Of a DNA stretch of 64,000 nt, positions 1-9,062 are shown piece after piece. The notes below the pieces were generated by a model. That model was given only the letters and a program-made list of their open reading frames with translations, searched no databases and was not told the DNA's origin. Position 1 is the stretch's first letter. Each line of letters starts with the position of its first letter. The translations under genes and the position numbers were made by a program. Origin of the DNA: Limisphaerales bacterium (GTDB lineage Bacteria > Verrucomicrobiota > Verrucomicrobiia > Limisphaerales > JAYPXF01); assembly GCA_047608975.1 (NCBI GenBank), contig JBLFYM010000010.1, positions 12,745-76,744 of the forward strand, in the 5' to 3' direction.

Positions 1-1
1 C

Positions 2-424
2 TGTGGTGCGTTGACCGAACACCAACCCTGCGGCATCTGCCGAAACGACCAGCGAAACGGCCAACTGGTCTGCGTCGTGGAACAACCGACCGATATTCTG
101 AACGTGGAGAAATCGAAAGCCTTCGAGGGTAAGTATCATGTGCTCGGCGGCAAGATCTCACCGATCAACGGGGTCGAACCGGAAGACCTGCGCATCGGCG
201 AACTCAGCCGCCGCATCGATGATGAGGGCATCTTGGAAATCATCCTGGCACTTGGAACAGACGTGGAAGGCGATGCCACCAGTCACTACCTGGCGGGATT
301 GTTCGCGGATAAGGCCGTCAACGTAAGCCGGATCGCCCACGGTTTACCGGCCGGGAGCGGTCTGGAATTTGCCGACGAAATGACTTTGAAACACGCATTG
401 GACGGACGCCGTAAAATGGAATGA
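2..424 (+). CDS. recR: Recombination protein RecR, C-terminal ~140 aa (5' end outside window)
   Basis: The frame is open from the window edge to TGA 422-424. It shows PCGICRND (zinc-finger half), then the Toprim-like block LVCVVEQPTDILNVEKS..YHVLGGKISPINGVEPEDL..LALGTDVEGDATSHYL and the tail RIAHGLPAGSGLEFAD, colinear with bacterial RecR. Confidence 0.9.
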   Translation, partial: CGALTEHQPCGICRNDQRNGQLVCVVEQPTDILNVEKSKAFEGKYHVLGGKISPINGVEPEDLRIGELSRRIDDEGILEIILALGTDVEGDATSHYLAGLFADKAVNVSRIAHGLPAGSGLEFADEMTLKHALDGRRKME

Positions 425-1038
425 AACCGGAAGTCGCAGTATTTGATCTGGGCAAGGTGTTGCTCGATTTTGATTACATGATCACTGCGCGTCAGCTCGC
501 GGATGATTGTGACGTGAGTGCCGAGGGACTGTTGAGGCTCATCGATCAGACCCGACTGTTGCTTGACTACGAGGAAGGCAAGACGACCACCGACGAGTTT
601 TACTCCGAGGTGTGTCGCCAAACGGGTTACCGTTCTTCATTCGAAAAGTTTCGTGATGCGTTCGCCGGTATCTTCGCTGAGATTCCAGCCATGGTGAGTC
701 TGCATGCGCGCCTGAAGTCAGTCGGCATCCCCTGCTTCATTTTCTCGAACACGAACGAGATTGCGATCCATCACGTCCGCCGAAAATTCCCATTCTTCGC
801 AAAGTTCGACGGCTACGTGTTCTCCTACGAACACAAGTCAATGAAACCGGATGCCCGGCTCTACGAATGCGTCGAGGAAGCGACCGGACGTAGCGGCGCG
901 GCGATCATCTACATTGACGACCGAGCGGAAAACATCGCCGCTGCCAAGCCGCGCGGTTGGCAGACCGTGCATCACACGGCGCCCGAACTGAGCATCGCGG
1001 CGTTTGAGAGCCTGGGCTTGCTGGAAGAACCGGAGTAA
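421..1038 (+). CDS. HAD-superfamily hydrolase (subfamily IA-like)
   Basis: ATG 421 overlaps the recR stop (ATGA). HAD motif I variant VFDLGKVLLDFD, FSNTN (motif II-like), and KPD and YIDDRAENI (motifs III/IV). Confidence 0.8.
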   Translation: MKPEVAVFDLGKVLLDFDYMITARQLADDCDVSAEGLLRLIDQTRLLLDYEEGKTTTDEFYSEVCRQTGYRSSFEKFRDAFAGIFAEIPAMVSLHARLKSVGIPCFIFSNTNEIAIHHVRRKFPFFAKFDGYVFSYEHKSMKPDARLYECVEEATGRSGAAIIYIDDRAENIAAAKPRGWQTVHHTAPELSIAAFESLGLLEEPE

Positions 1039-1070
1039 GAAGAACTCAACAACATTCACTGGATACTGAC

Positions 1071-1283
1071 ATGCCTATCTACGAATTCGATTGCGACGCC
1101 TGCACAAAAAACAGCGAGATCCTGGTCCGCTCCTCCGATTGGAAGGGGACTGAATGTCCTCACTGTGGCAGCACCCTGCTCCGCAAGAAACTCTCGGTCT
1201 TTGCCGCTGGCGGAGAAGCCGAAGGCGATCTCTCCGCCTGTTCGGGAGTGCCCAGCGCCTGCGGGCGTTGCGGAACAAACTGA
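1071..1283 (+). CDS. FmdB-family zinc-ribbon protein
   Basis: MPIYEFDCDAC ... CPHCGS gives a CxxC-x(n)-CxxC zinc ribbon with the typical MPxYEYxC N-terminus. 70 aa. Confidence 0.75.
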   Translation: MPIYEFDCDACTKNSEILVRSSDWKGTECPHCGSTLLRKKLSVFAAGGEAEGDLSACSGVPSACGRCGTN

Positions 1284-1535
1284 TCCGGTTCGCCGCATCT
1301 GGGAGGCACCCTGCCAACAAATTCTGAAATGTTTACCACCTTGGATGAGCCAGTAGCAGAAGAGACTGTCAAATGCCTCGCGGCGGATCTAGCTGGTGCG
1401 CTGGGTCATGATACCCTTTTGGATTACGATGGCTGGGGCGGGATCGTGCGGGAGCCAAAGAGTCTACCCTGTCTGCTTCCCGACATGCTGCCCAAAGTTG
1501 AATCGTTCCGGCTGTTTGGAACTTCTGCACGTTTT

Positions 1536-4500
1536 ATGAACCACCTCGTTTACATCGCCATTGTCCTACTCATCTGCTCCGGGTTCTCCGCCCGGGCGGC
1601 GCTGACACTCATCCATTCAGACGACTTCGAAAAGGGGGGCGGAGCCTGGCTCCCGAGTGACGCCAAGATGTGGACGGTCGACCAACTCAAGGACGGCAAC
1701 CACGCGCTGCATCTGCACGGCAAAAGCAGCTACCAGCCGCCCTTTCGCAGTCCGCACAGCATCACGCTGCTGAAGGACAAGGTGGTCGGAGATTTCGTCC
1801 TGACTGCACGGGTGAGGACGTTGCAGACCACCCGCGGACATCGCGACATGTGCATCTTCTTCGGCTTTCAAAACCCATCCCAATTCTACTACGTGCACCT
1901 CGGCGAAACCCCGGACCCTCATTCCAGCCAGGTCTTCATCGTCAACCAAGCCCCGCGCACAAAGATCACCGAGACGCCGGACATCGGCGTTCCGTGGGTG
2001 AACGACCAATTCCATCACGTGAAGGTGGTTCGGAAAGTGAAGAGCGGCCTCATCGAGATCTACTTCGACGACATGGAGAAACCGCAGAAGGTCGCCCACG
2101 ACAAGACCTTCGCCTGGGGCGCGATCGGGCTGGGCTCGTTCGACGATCTCGGTTTGTGGGATGATTTCAGACTCAACGGCGTGCCCATTGACAAGGTCGT
2201 CGATCAGAAGTTCGTCAGCGTGAAACTGCCGGCGAAGAAGAAAAAGAAATCCCAGCCCGGTCCGACCAAAGCCAAGATCAGCGGTTCCACAGAAATTGTC
2301 ACCGTCAGCGCGAGTTCGACCCAATCTGGCCACTCCCCCGCCAACGTGCTGGATGGAAGTCAAAAAACCAAATGGGCGGCCAACGGCAAAGGCGAATGGC
2401 TGCAGCTGGAATTCAACCAGGATCGGGAGGTATCGCAGGTCGGGATCGGCTTTATCGCCGGTGAACGGAACTACGACTTCGAACTCAAGGGCTCGTTGAC
2501 TGGCAAGGATTGGAAATCGCTGGGAAAGTTCCAGAGCCCCGGCAAGGGCAGCGGCGTCGACAACTACGAGTTCAAAAAGGCGAAGATGCGTTTCCTGCGG
2601 ATCAATGTCTTCGGCAACAACAAGAACGACTGGGCCAATATCCATGCGGTTAAGCTCGATGGCGTCACCCGCTCTGCCTCCATCAAAACCACCCAGCCCA
2701 AGGCCGATCAGCCCGGGCAGGCGGATCCGAAACTCGCCGCGCAGGCCAAAACCCTCAAGTTCGTGAAATGGAGCGGCGATATCGCCGTGCCTGATCCGGT
2801 CGCCATCAGCCTCGACAATCAGGGCCGCGTGTTCGCCACCCAGACGCAGCGGCGAAAGGCCAACGACCTGGATATCCGCTCCAACCGCGATTGGATCCCC
2901 GACGACCTCGGATTCACTTCAGTCGAGGACAAACGCGCACACTTTAAGAAACACCTGTCTCCGGAGAATTCTGAACAGAACAAGAAACGCGTGAAGGATC
3001 ACAACGGGGACGGCTCGCACGATTGGAAAGATCTTACCCAACTCACCGAACGCATCCATCTGCTGGAAGACACCAACGGCGACGGCTTCGCCGATCACAT
3101 GCAGGTTTACGCGGAGAACTTTCAGACCGAAATCACCGGCATCGCCGCCGGCGTCCTGAGCCACAATGGCGATGTCTACGCGACCATCGCCCCGGATGTC
3201 TGGCGGCTTCGTGACACCACCGGCAACGGCAAGGCCGACCAGCGCGAGGTGATTGCCCATGGCTTTGGATTGCACATCGCCTACGGCGGACACGACATGC
3301 ACGGGTTGCGCGTCGGACCCGACGGACGGATCTACTGGTCCATCGGCGACAAGGGAATCAGCGTCGTCTCCAAGGAAGGAAAGAAATTCCTCTACCCGAA
3401 CCAGGGCGGCGTCATGCGCTGTGATCCGGACGGATCAAATTTCGAGGTATTCGCGCACGGACTGCGCAACGTCCAGGAAATGGCCTTCGACGAACACGGA
3501 AACTGGTTCGGCGTGGACAATGACTCTGATAGCGCCAACGAGTCCGAACGGTTCGTCTACATCGTCGAAGGCATGGATGCCGGATGGCGGAACAACTATC
3601 AGTATCGCGGCAGCGACTTCAATCCGTGGACCGCCGAAAAGATCTGGATCCCGTGGCACGAAAATCAACCCGCCTACATCGTTCCGCCGATCCGCAATTA
3701 CGAGGACGGCCCCTGCGGATTTGTCTACAACCCCGGCACTGCCCTGAGTCCCGCGTATCGCAATTACTTCTTTATGACCGAAGCGCCACGCGGCACCCAG
3801 TGGGCCTTCCAGGTCCGGCCCAAGGGCGCGTCCTTCGAGATGTACAATTCACATCCCATCGGCAACGGGATCGCAATGACCGGCTTGAACTTCGGTCCCG
3901 ACGGCGCTCTCTACTCCGTCGATTGGGGTGGCGGTTACCCATTGAATCAGAAAGGTGCCGTCTGGAAGATCGACGTCCCGGAACACGCCCAGGACGCCGA
4001 GCGCGTGGCGGTGAAACAAATTCTTTCCACCGGCTTTCGCAAGCTTCCCCTGAAACAGCTTGACGATCTGATGGCTCACATCGATCAGCGCGTCCGGCTC
4101 GGCGCGCAGTTCGAACTGGTGCGCCGTGGCGAAACCAAGACCTTTGACCGCGTGGTATCCACCGGCTCGCCGCTCGCCAAGATTCACGCCATCTGGGGAC
4201 TCGGCCAGCTGGCCCGTACAAAGGACGATCCCTTGGCGAAAGATCTGTTGGAGCAAATGTCGAAGAAAAAGGATCCCGAACTTCAGCTCCAGGGAATCAA
4301 GATGCTCGCCGACCTGAAGACGCAGGACGTTGATCCCCGGCTGATCGTAAATGCCCTCAGGAGCCGCAACCCGCGCGTGCAATTCCACGCCGCGATCGCC
4401 GCCGGCAAGCTGACGGTCAAGCCCGCCTTCAAACCGCTGTTGAAGATCGCCACCACACTCACCTCCCAGCAGACCTACCTGCGTCACGCGATCATCTCGG

Positions 4501-5939
4501 GATTCACCGGCACGGCGAGCGCGGCCCAGCTCGCCGCTTTGCAGACCCACAAATCCGAATTCGTCCGCACCTGCGCCGTCGTTGCCCTGCGTCGCCAGAA
4601 CAGCGGCGCGGTTGCCGAATATCTTGATGATACGAGTGCCTACGTCGCCACCGAGGCCGCCCGCGCAATCCACGACGACTTCTCAATCCACGACGCCCTG
4701 CCGAAACTCGCGCTGTCGCTGGAGGCCGCTTCCGCCAAGGCCGGAGAACGATTTGTCCGTCGTGCCATCAATGCGAACTACCGCCTCGGCAAACCCGAAC
4801 ACGCCACCCGCGTTGCGCAATACGCACTGAACACCAAGGCCGACAGCGCCATGCGCATCAACGCGCTGGATGCCTTGGCAACCTGGGCAAACCCCGATCT
4901 GCTTGATCGCGTCGACGGTCGCCGCCGCCACCTGGACGGCCGGGAGGAAAAGACGATCGCCAAAGCCATCACGCCCGCGCTTGCCAACCTCATGCGGAGT
5001 TCCGACAACGCCTTGCTCGAACGCGCGGTGGCCCTGTCCACGCAGTATGAAATCGATTTGGAACCGACCGCGCTGTTCGCCTTGCTACGAAATACCAAAG
5101 CGCCAGATTCCCTCCGCGTGGTGGCCCTGAAAGGTTTGCAAAACGACAGCGCCGCCGGCTACGCCCTCGGCTCCGACAGCCCCGGCCTCCGCAGCGAAGG
5201 TGCCCGGATGCTGGGCAAAAAGAACGCCCGCGCCGCCGCCGAGTATCTGTCCAAGACCCTCGCCAATTCGAAATCGTTGCCGGAGAAGCAGGCGGCCCTC
5301 GCCACGCTGGGAACCCTGAAAGACATCCGTGCCTCGCAGGTCGTCGGCGAATATGCCGGCAAACTTGGACGGGGCGAACTCCCCGCCGCGCTGCATCTGG
5401 ATGTGATCGAGGCGGCCAGCAGCCAGAACCTCACCAACCAGCTCACCGCCTACGAGAAATCACGGGACCCGAAAAAGTACCCGGACAACTTCAAGGAATG
5501 CCTCGCAGGCGGCGATCCCGTCGCCGGCTTGGAAACGGTCAAGACCCACATCTTCGCGCAGTGCGTGCGTTGCCACAAACTGGACAAGACCAAGGGCGGC
5601 AGCATCATCGGACCGAATCTGAAGAACATCGGCAGCAAAGGGCGCGACTACATCCTCCACTCCATGATCGATCCCAACGCCCTCGTCACCAAGGGCTACG
5701 GCACGATGAACGTGACCCTGAAGAACGGCGAGGTCATCGGCGGCCAATTCCGCGGGGAAACCAAGACTCACATCGAACTCCGCATGCCCGACCGCAGCTC
5801 GCAGAAGATCAAGGTCGGGGACGTGAAAGAACGCACCCCGCTCATCTCCGTCATGCCCACCATGGGCAACATCCTCACCAAGCGCGAACTCCGCAACGTG
5901 ATCGAATACCTCGCCGGTCTCAAAGACGGTTCGAAATAG
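1536..5939 (+). CDS. Giant exported multidomain protein: DUF1080 (3-keto-disaccharide hydrolase-like) + F5/8 type C (discoidin) + PVC-type membrane-bound dehydrogenase beta-propeller + HEAT repeats + C-terminal cytochrome c (CxxCH)
   Basis: The maximal ORF is 1329-5939. ATG 1536 begins a classical signal peptide (MNHLVYIAIVLLICSGFSARA). DUF1080-like block W..VDG.L..HG...F..DF.L..R. Discoidin-like block VSASSTQSGHSPANVLDGS..TKWAA..KGEWLQLEF. Propeller block GRIYWSIGDKG / HGLRNVQEMAFDEHGN. Long HEAT-like helical region. Heme motif CVRCH at 5562-5576. The C-terminal ~140 aa are homologous to the C-terminus of the 50140-51243 gene. Confidence 0.85.
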   Translation: MNHLVYIAIVLLICSGFSARAALTLIHSDDFEKGGGAWLPSDAKMWTVDQLKDGNHALHLHGKSSYQPPFRSPHSITLLKDKVVGDFVLTARVRTLQTTRGHRDMCIFFGFQNPSQFYYVHLGETPDPHSSQVFIVNQAPRTKITETPDIGVPWVNDQFHHVKVVRKVKSGLIEIYFDDMEKPQKVAHDKTFAWGAIGLGSFDDLGLWDDFRLNGVPIDKVVDQKFVSVKLPAKKKKKSQPGPTKAKISGSTEIVTVSASSTQSGHSPANVLDGSQKTKWAANGKGEWLQLEFNQDREVSQVGIGFIAGERNYDFELKGSLTGKDWKSLGKFQSPGKGSGVDNYEFKKAKMRFLRINVFGNNKNDWANIHAVKLDGVTRSASIKTTQPKADQPGQADPKLAAQAKTLKFVKWSGDIAVPDPVAISLDNQGRVFATQTQRRKANDLDIRSNRDWIPDDLGFTSVEDKRAHFKKHLSPENSEQNKKRVKDHNGDGSHDWKDLTQLTERIHLLEDTNGDGFADHMQVYAENFQTEITGIAAGVLSHNGDVYATIAPDVWRLRDTTGNGKADQREVIAHGFGLHIAYGGHDMHGLRVGPDGRIYWSIGDKGISVVSKEGKKFLYPNQGGVMRCDPDGSNFEVFAHGLRNVQEMAFDEHGNWFGVDNDSDSANESERFVYIVEGMDAGWRNNYQYRGSDFNPWTAEKIWIPWHENQPAYIVPPIRNYEDGPCGFVYNPGTALSPAYRNYFFMTEAPRGTQWAFQVRPKGASFEMYNSHPIGNGIAMTGLNFGPDGALYSVDWGGGYPLNQKGAVWKIDVPEHAQDAERVAVKQILSTGFRKLPLKQLDDLMAHIDQRVRLGAQFELVRRGETKTFDRVVSTGSPLAKIHAIWGLGQLARTKDDPLAKDLLEQMSKKKDPELQLQGIKMLADLKTQDVDPRLIVNALRSRNPRVQFHAAIAAGKLTVKPAFKPLLKIATTLTSQQTYLRHAIISGFTGTASAAQLAALQTHKSEFVRTCAVVALRRQNSGAVAEYLDDTSAYVATEAARAIHDDFSIHDALPKLALSLEAASAKAGERFVRRAINANYRLGKPEHATRVAQYALNTKADSAMRINALDALATWANPDLLDRVDGRRRHLDGREEKTIAKAITPALANLMRSSDNALLERAVALSTQYEIDLEPTALFALLRNTKAPDSLRVVALKGLQNDSAAGYALGSDSPGLRSEGARMLGKKNARAAAEYLSKTLANSKSLPEKQAALATLGTLKDIRASQVVGEYAGKLGRGELPAALHLDVIEAASSQNLTNQLTAYEKSRDPKKYPDNFKECLAGGDPVAGLETVKTHIFAQCVRCHKLDKTKGGSIIGPNLKNIGSKGRDYILHSMIDPNALVTKGYGTMNVTLKNGEVIGGQFRGETKTHIELRMPDRSSQKIKVGDVKERTPLISVMPTMGNILTKRELRNVIEYLAGLKDGSK

Positions 5940-6079
5940 GCGGGTTATTCGACCCGGCCAGTGGGGAGCGGGGCCTCAAAAGCCAAGCCTCAAATTCCAG
6001 TCAGACGCACGTCAGCCGGGATTAAATCTTCTGGTCGCCCCGATCTGGCCAGGCACGTTCGAATTTCGTGGTCGCTTCA

Positions 6080-6146
6080 GATTGAAGATTGAAGATTGGG
6101 TTTTGGAGCTTCTTTGGAGATTGAATTTGGGCGCTTGGAGGTTCCC
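6080..6146. repeat. Low-complexity intergenic repeat, family A (GATTGAAG / TTGGAG units)
   Basis: gattgaagattgaagattgggttttggagcttctttggagattgaatttgggcgcttggaggttcc lies between convergent genes. Related copies in both orientations occur at 35167-35307. Confidence 0.7.
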
Positions 6147-6182
6147 AAAAACACCCGGTCCAAAGTTGGTCAATCCGCCAAC

Positions 6183-7010
6183 TCAACGCGCAGCCGCGCC
6201 CGCCAGTTGCTTCGCCAGAAACCTCGCCACCTGCTGACCGAGGAAAGTATTCCCCGGACCGTTGAAGTGGCAGTCATCCACATTCTGAAGTTCGCCCAGC
6301 CGCGGAGTGATCGCCGCGAAGAGGTCATCGATCGAAATGTCGTGTTTGGACATCACTTTCGCGGCGGCCTCGTTTCGCTCGATAATCGAGGCGGCCGTGA
6401 AACGCTTCTTTGGCACGTCCGGAATCGGGGTCGTGTTGGCCCAGAGAATCCGCGCGCCGGTCTTCTTCATCCGAACAATGAGCTCCTCCAATCGCCGGCG
6501 GTAGTCGGCGAGCGGCGTGTTGCGATCGTGGATTCCAAAGTTGAAGTGGATAAAGTCCCACTTCCCATCACCGAGCCAGATATCGATCTTCTGCAGGCCC
6601 CGCGCAGTGGGACCACAATTCGCCGGCGCCCGATGGACGTTCGCCTTGCCGGCAAGTTCGCGCCGGACGGTTTCCGTATACGCCCGGGACACCGAATCAC
6701 CGATCAGCAGCACGCGCGGCAATTTCGGATCATCCACGACAAAGTCCCAGGCATTCCCCTGCCCGGCCACCTTTTGCCGCTTGTGAATAGGCAGATAAAA
6801 GCCCCCGAGTTCGCCCTGCAAAACTTGCTCCCAGGCCTGGTGGGCGGGTGAAAGCGCCTTCACCCAGACCTGATACTTCGCGTCAATTGCAGCCGCGGCC
6901 TTCGCCTTCTTCTCCGCAGCTTCCTTCGCATTGGTGGGCTCGGCCGACTGGCCGACGGTGGTCACGGCCGCGATAACAAATGCGCCGAGAATGAGAGACA
7001 ATGATTTCAT
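6183..7010 (-). CDS. Secreted SGNH/GDSL-family hydrolase
   Basis: Signal peptide MKSLSLILGAFVIAAVTTVGQSA. Block I LLIGDSVS, block III-like IHFNFGIHD, block V DDCHFNGPG (DxxH). Confidence 0.75.
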   Translation of the reverse strand: MKSLSLILGAFVIAAVTTVGQSAEPTNAKEAAEKKAKAAAAIDAKYQVWVKALSPAHQAWEQVLQGELGGFYLPIHKRQKVAGQGNAWDFVVDDPKLPRVLLIGDSVSRAYTETVRRELAGKANVHRAPANCGPTARGLQKIDIWLGDGKWDFIHFNFGIHDRNTPLADYRRRLEELIVRMKKTGARILWANTTPIPDVPKKRFTAASIIERNEAAAKVMSKHDISIDDLFAAITPRLGELQNVDDCHFNGPGNTFLGQQVARFLAKQLAGAAAR

Positions 7011-7146
7011 GATTCTTGATGGCTAAGCCGGCCGGCAACCAGGGAGTGTTTGGGAACCCGATCGCAGAATGTTTCCCCACAGATTCAGAGATTGGATGCA
7101 TTCCTGTTTATTGCTGTTCATTCGTGATTCAACTGAATAGCCACTG

Positions 7147-7476
7147 CTAGGAGATGAAAGTGCAGAGGTATTCGCAGATCCCAGTTTTGATCTCGATGTC
7201 GAAACCGGACTTCGCCGGCACATCGAACGATTCGCCCTGGGCGTAGGTCTTGACCCCAGCCTGACCATCCACCTTCACCTGGCATTCACCGGCCACAACC
7301 TCCATACGCTCCGCAGCATCCGTGCCGAAGTGAAACTGGCCAGGAAAGATCAACCCCAAGGTCTTCGTCGAGTCGTCCGCGAATCGAATCGTGTGACTCA
7401 CCACCTTGCCGTCGAAATACACATTTGCCTTGGTCAAGGCCGTGACGTTCGGGAATTCAGCCGGAATGCTATTCAT
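7147..7476 (-). CDS. ppnP: Pyrimidine/purine nucleoside phosphorylase PpnP (DUF1255/YaiE family)
   Basis: MNSIPAEFPNVTALTKANVYFDGKVVSHTI...GECQVKVDG is a ~109-aa cupin-like protein colinear with PpnP. ATG at 7476; the maximal ORF extends to 7512. Confidence 0.8.
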   Translation of the reverse strand: MNSIPAEFPNVTALTKANVYFDGKVVSHTIRFADDSTKTLGLIFPGQFHFGTDAAERMEVVAGECQVKVDGQAGVKTYAQGESFDVPAKSGFDIEIKTGICEYLCTFIS

Positions 7477-7891
7477 GGGCCGGGAGTGTTTCGGGCCGCC
7501 GCAAATTGTCAAGCGACAGAGGAGAGAAGGATGCAGTTGGAAGTGGCGGTAAGCTGTTCCTCTCCGTTCCTATATAGCCCGATTGGCAAGATCGCCAAAT
7601 CGTGCGCTCGAACGGCACGGCGTGCCGAGCGGAAGCACTGGAGGGGCGAGCTTGCGAGTCCGCCCTTGGGCCAAAGGGAAAACCGATCACATGCTGGTTG
7701 GCAATCAAGACATGGCTGGCCCGAATGGAGATATGGCGAGCTGCCGCTTTGAGCGGCTCACAAGTTCAAGCCCCGGCTTTGCCGGGTGATAGCGAATCGG
7801 CAGTGCCATCCTCCTGCCCGCGAGATACTTTCGACCGCATTCGAGGACTGATCACGCTTGCGGGGAGACCGCAGATTGACCGACCATAACC

Positions 7892-7909
7892 TTGACCTTG
7901 ACCTTGACC
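7892..7909 (+). repeat. Tandem hexamer (TTGACC)x3 directly 5' of ATG 7910
   Basis: Read directly: ttgaccttgaccttgacc followed by atgacgatgacg. Confidence 0.9.
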
Positions 7910-8443
7910 ATGACGATGACGCTGCCTCCTTCACCGGTTGAACTGATTCTCAGCCAACGCGCGGCCAAATCGTTGCGCGGTCGGCAACTCGAACCCGCGT
8001 CAGATCATCCGCCGCACTTTGCCGCCCAGTGGCGCGTGGAGCTGTGCAAGGATTGGGCGGGACGAAACCTGTTCATGGTCACAAACCTGGCCACGCTCTT
8101 TACGTTCCTGATTCCGCGCGCGCCCAAACAGGTGCGGGCCCGGTTGGAGCAGGATTTCCGATCACGGTTGGGTTTTGCGCTGCTCGTTGGCAAGCCGCTG
8201 GTGGATTGGCAGCCGGACCCGATCGTTTACGCGCGGGGCAATCCCCGCAAGGTCATCGGCTCCATGAACGAAATGATTTACAATCTCCAGTTCCCGTCGA
8301 CTGAAGCGTTCCGGCGGGCGCATCCGGAGCAGGATGACGAAGACCGCCTGAATCACACCCCCTTCAGCGCCATCGGCTCCAAAAATCGCTATGAATTCCC
8401 AGACAAGGCTTGGTCCGCAGCGATCGCCCGCCTGGCCGAATGA
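7910..8443 (+). CDS. Hypothetical protein (~177 aa), no confident family assignment
   Basis: Clean ORF with typical composition (…NLFMVTNLATLFTFLIPRAPKQVR…GSMNEMIYNL…). An alternative TTG start at 7892 lies inside the hexamer repeat. Confidence 0.55.
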   Translation: MTMTLPPSPVELILSQRAAKSLRGRQLEPASDHPPHFAAQWRVELCKDWAGRNLFMVTNLATLFTFLIPRAPKQVRARLEQDFRSRLGFALLVGKPLVDWQPDPIVYARGNPRKVIGSMNEMIYNLQFPSTEAFRRAHPEQDDEDRLNHTPFSAIGSKNRYEFPDKAWSAAIARLAE

Positions 8444-8605
8444 AGACAGGCCCGGATTTGCCAACCACCGAAGACACTGAGTCCACGGAATAGGAGGACG
8501 GAAGATTTGGATGCCGGTCGCTCCTGAATTCGACACCGACGAGCTCGGCGGTTCTGCCTTACCCCTATCACCGAAAATCTTCTTCTCCGAACAAGCTTCG
8601 CTTTC

Positions 8606-8676
8606 GGACAAAGGAATGGAGACAGAGGAATCTGCGCAGATGTTTTTTTAAATTCCTTTGTCTTCATTCCCTTGTC
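8606..8676. repeat. Intergenic repeat family B (ATTCCTYTGTC units) as an imperfect inverted pair
   Basis: The left arm ggacaaaggaatggagacagaggaatc (8606-8632) is close to the reverse complement of the right arm aattcctttgtcttcattcccttgtc (8651-8676). Related copies at 37082-37111 and 7099-7126. Confidence 0.65.
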
Positions 8677-9062
8677 GTCGTTCGTTTGCGGCCTTGCCGC
8701 TCCGCGTATTCCGGCTCTTCCGTAGTTGAATTCCTGATCCCTTTTGCTGCTTGTGGTCTTTCCCATGCCAGATTGAACCGACCTTCAGCCCTTGAAAATC
8801 ACAGCATTCTTTGCGGTTGATTCACGAGCCTTTCGACCACGCATGAGGAACGCCACCGCCGTCCAGACCCCCGGGAACTTGCAGGACGGACCCACATATC
8901 TCTCGATCACGTAAAACGCGAAGTAGTAAAGCCGGGTTTGGAAAGTGACGAAAGAGTTCAAAACATCGACTCAAGGTATGAATACATCCAGTTGTCAGAT
9001 TAAACCAATAAAGTAAGACACAAATATTTTGACTTACTAAACCGATATTGTATCCATTGTTC

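Noticed and set aside
1617-2645. Long antisense ORFs inside confidently called genes. Examples are 1617-2645(-), 3849-4673(-), 13981-15186(-), 15601-16659(-), 35578-36837(+), 37159-38403(-), 39642-40502(-), 45614-46501(-), 59405-60181(+) and 61955-63019(-).
   Set aside because: These are shadow ORFs typical of high-GC DNA. Their translations are Arg/Gly/Ala/Pro-rich with no motifs, and each lies opposite a gene with strong family signatures.
7513-7890. Possible RNase P RNA, tmRNA, SRP or 6S RNA in the large gap.
   Set aside because: The hallmark strings are absent on both strands (GGAAAGTCCGG and ACAGAACCCGGCTTA for RNase P, the tRNA-like 3' end for tmRNA, and the SRP GGAA tetraloop context).
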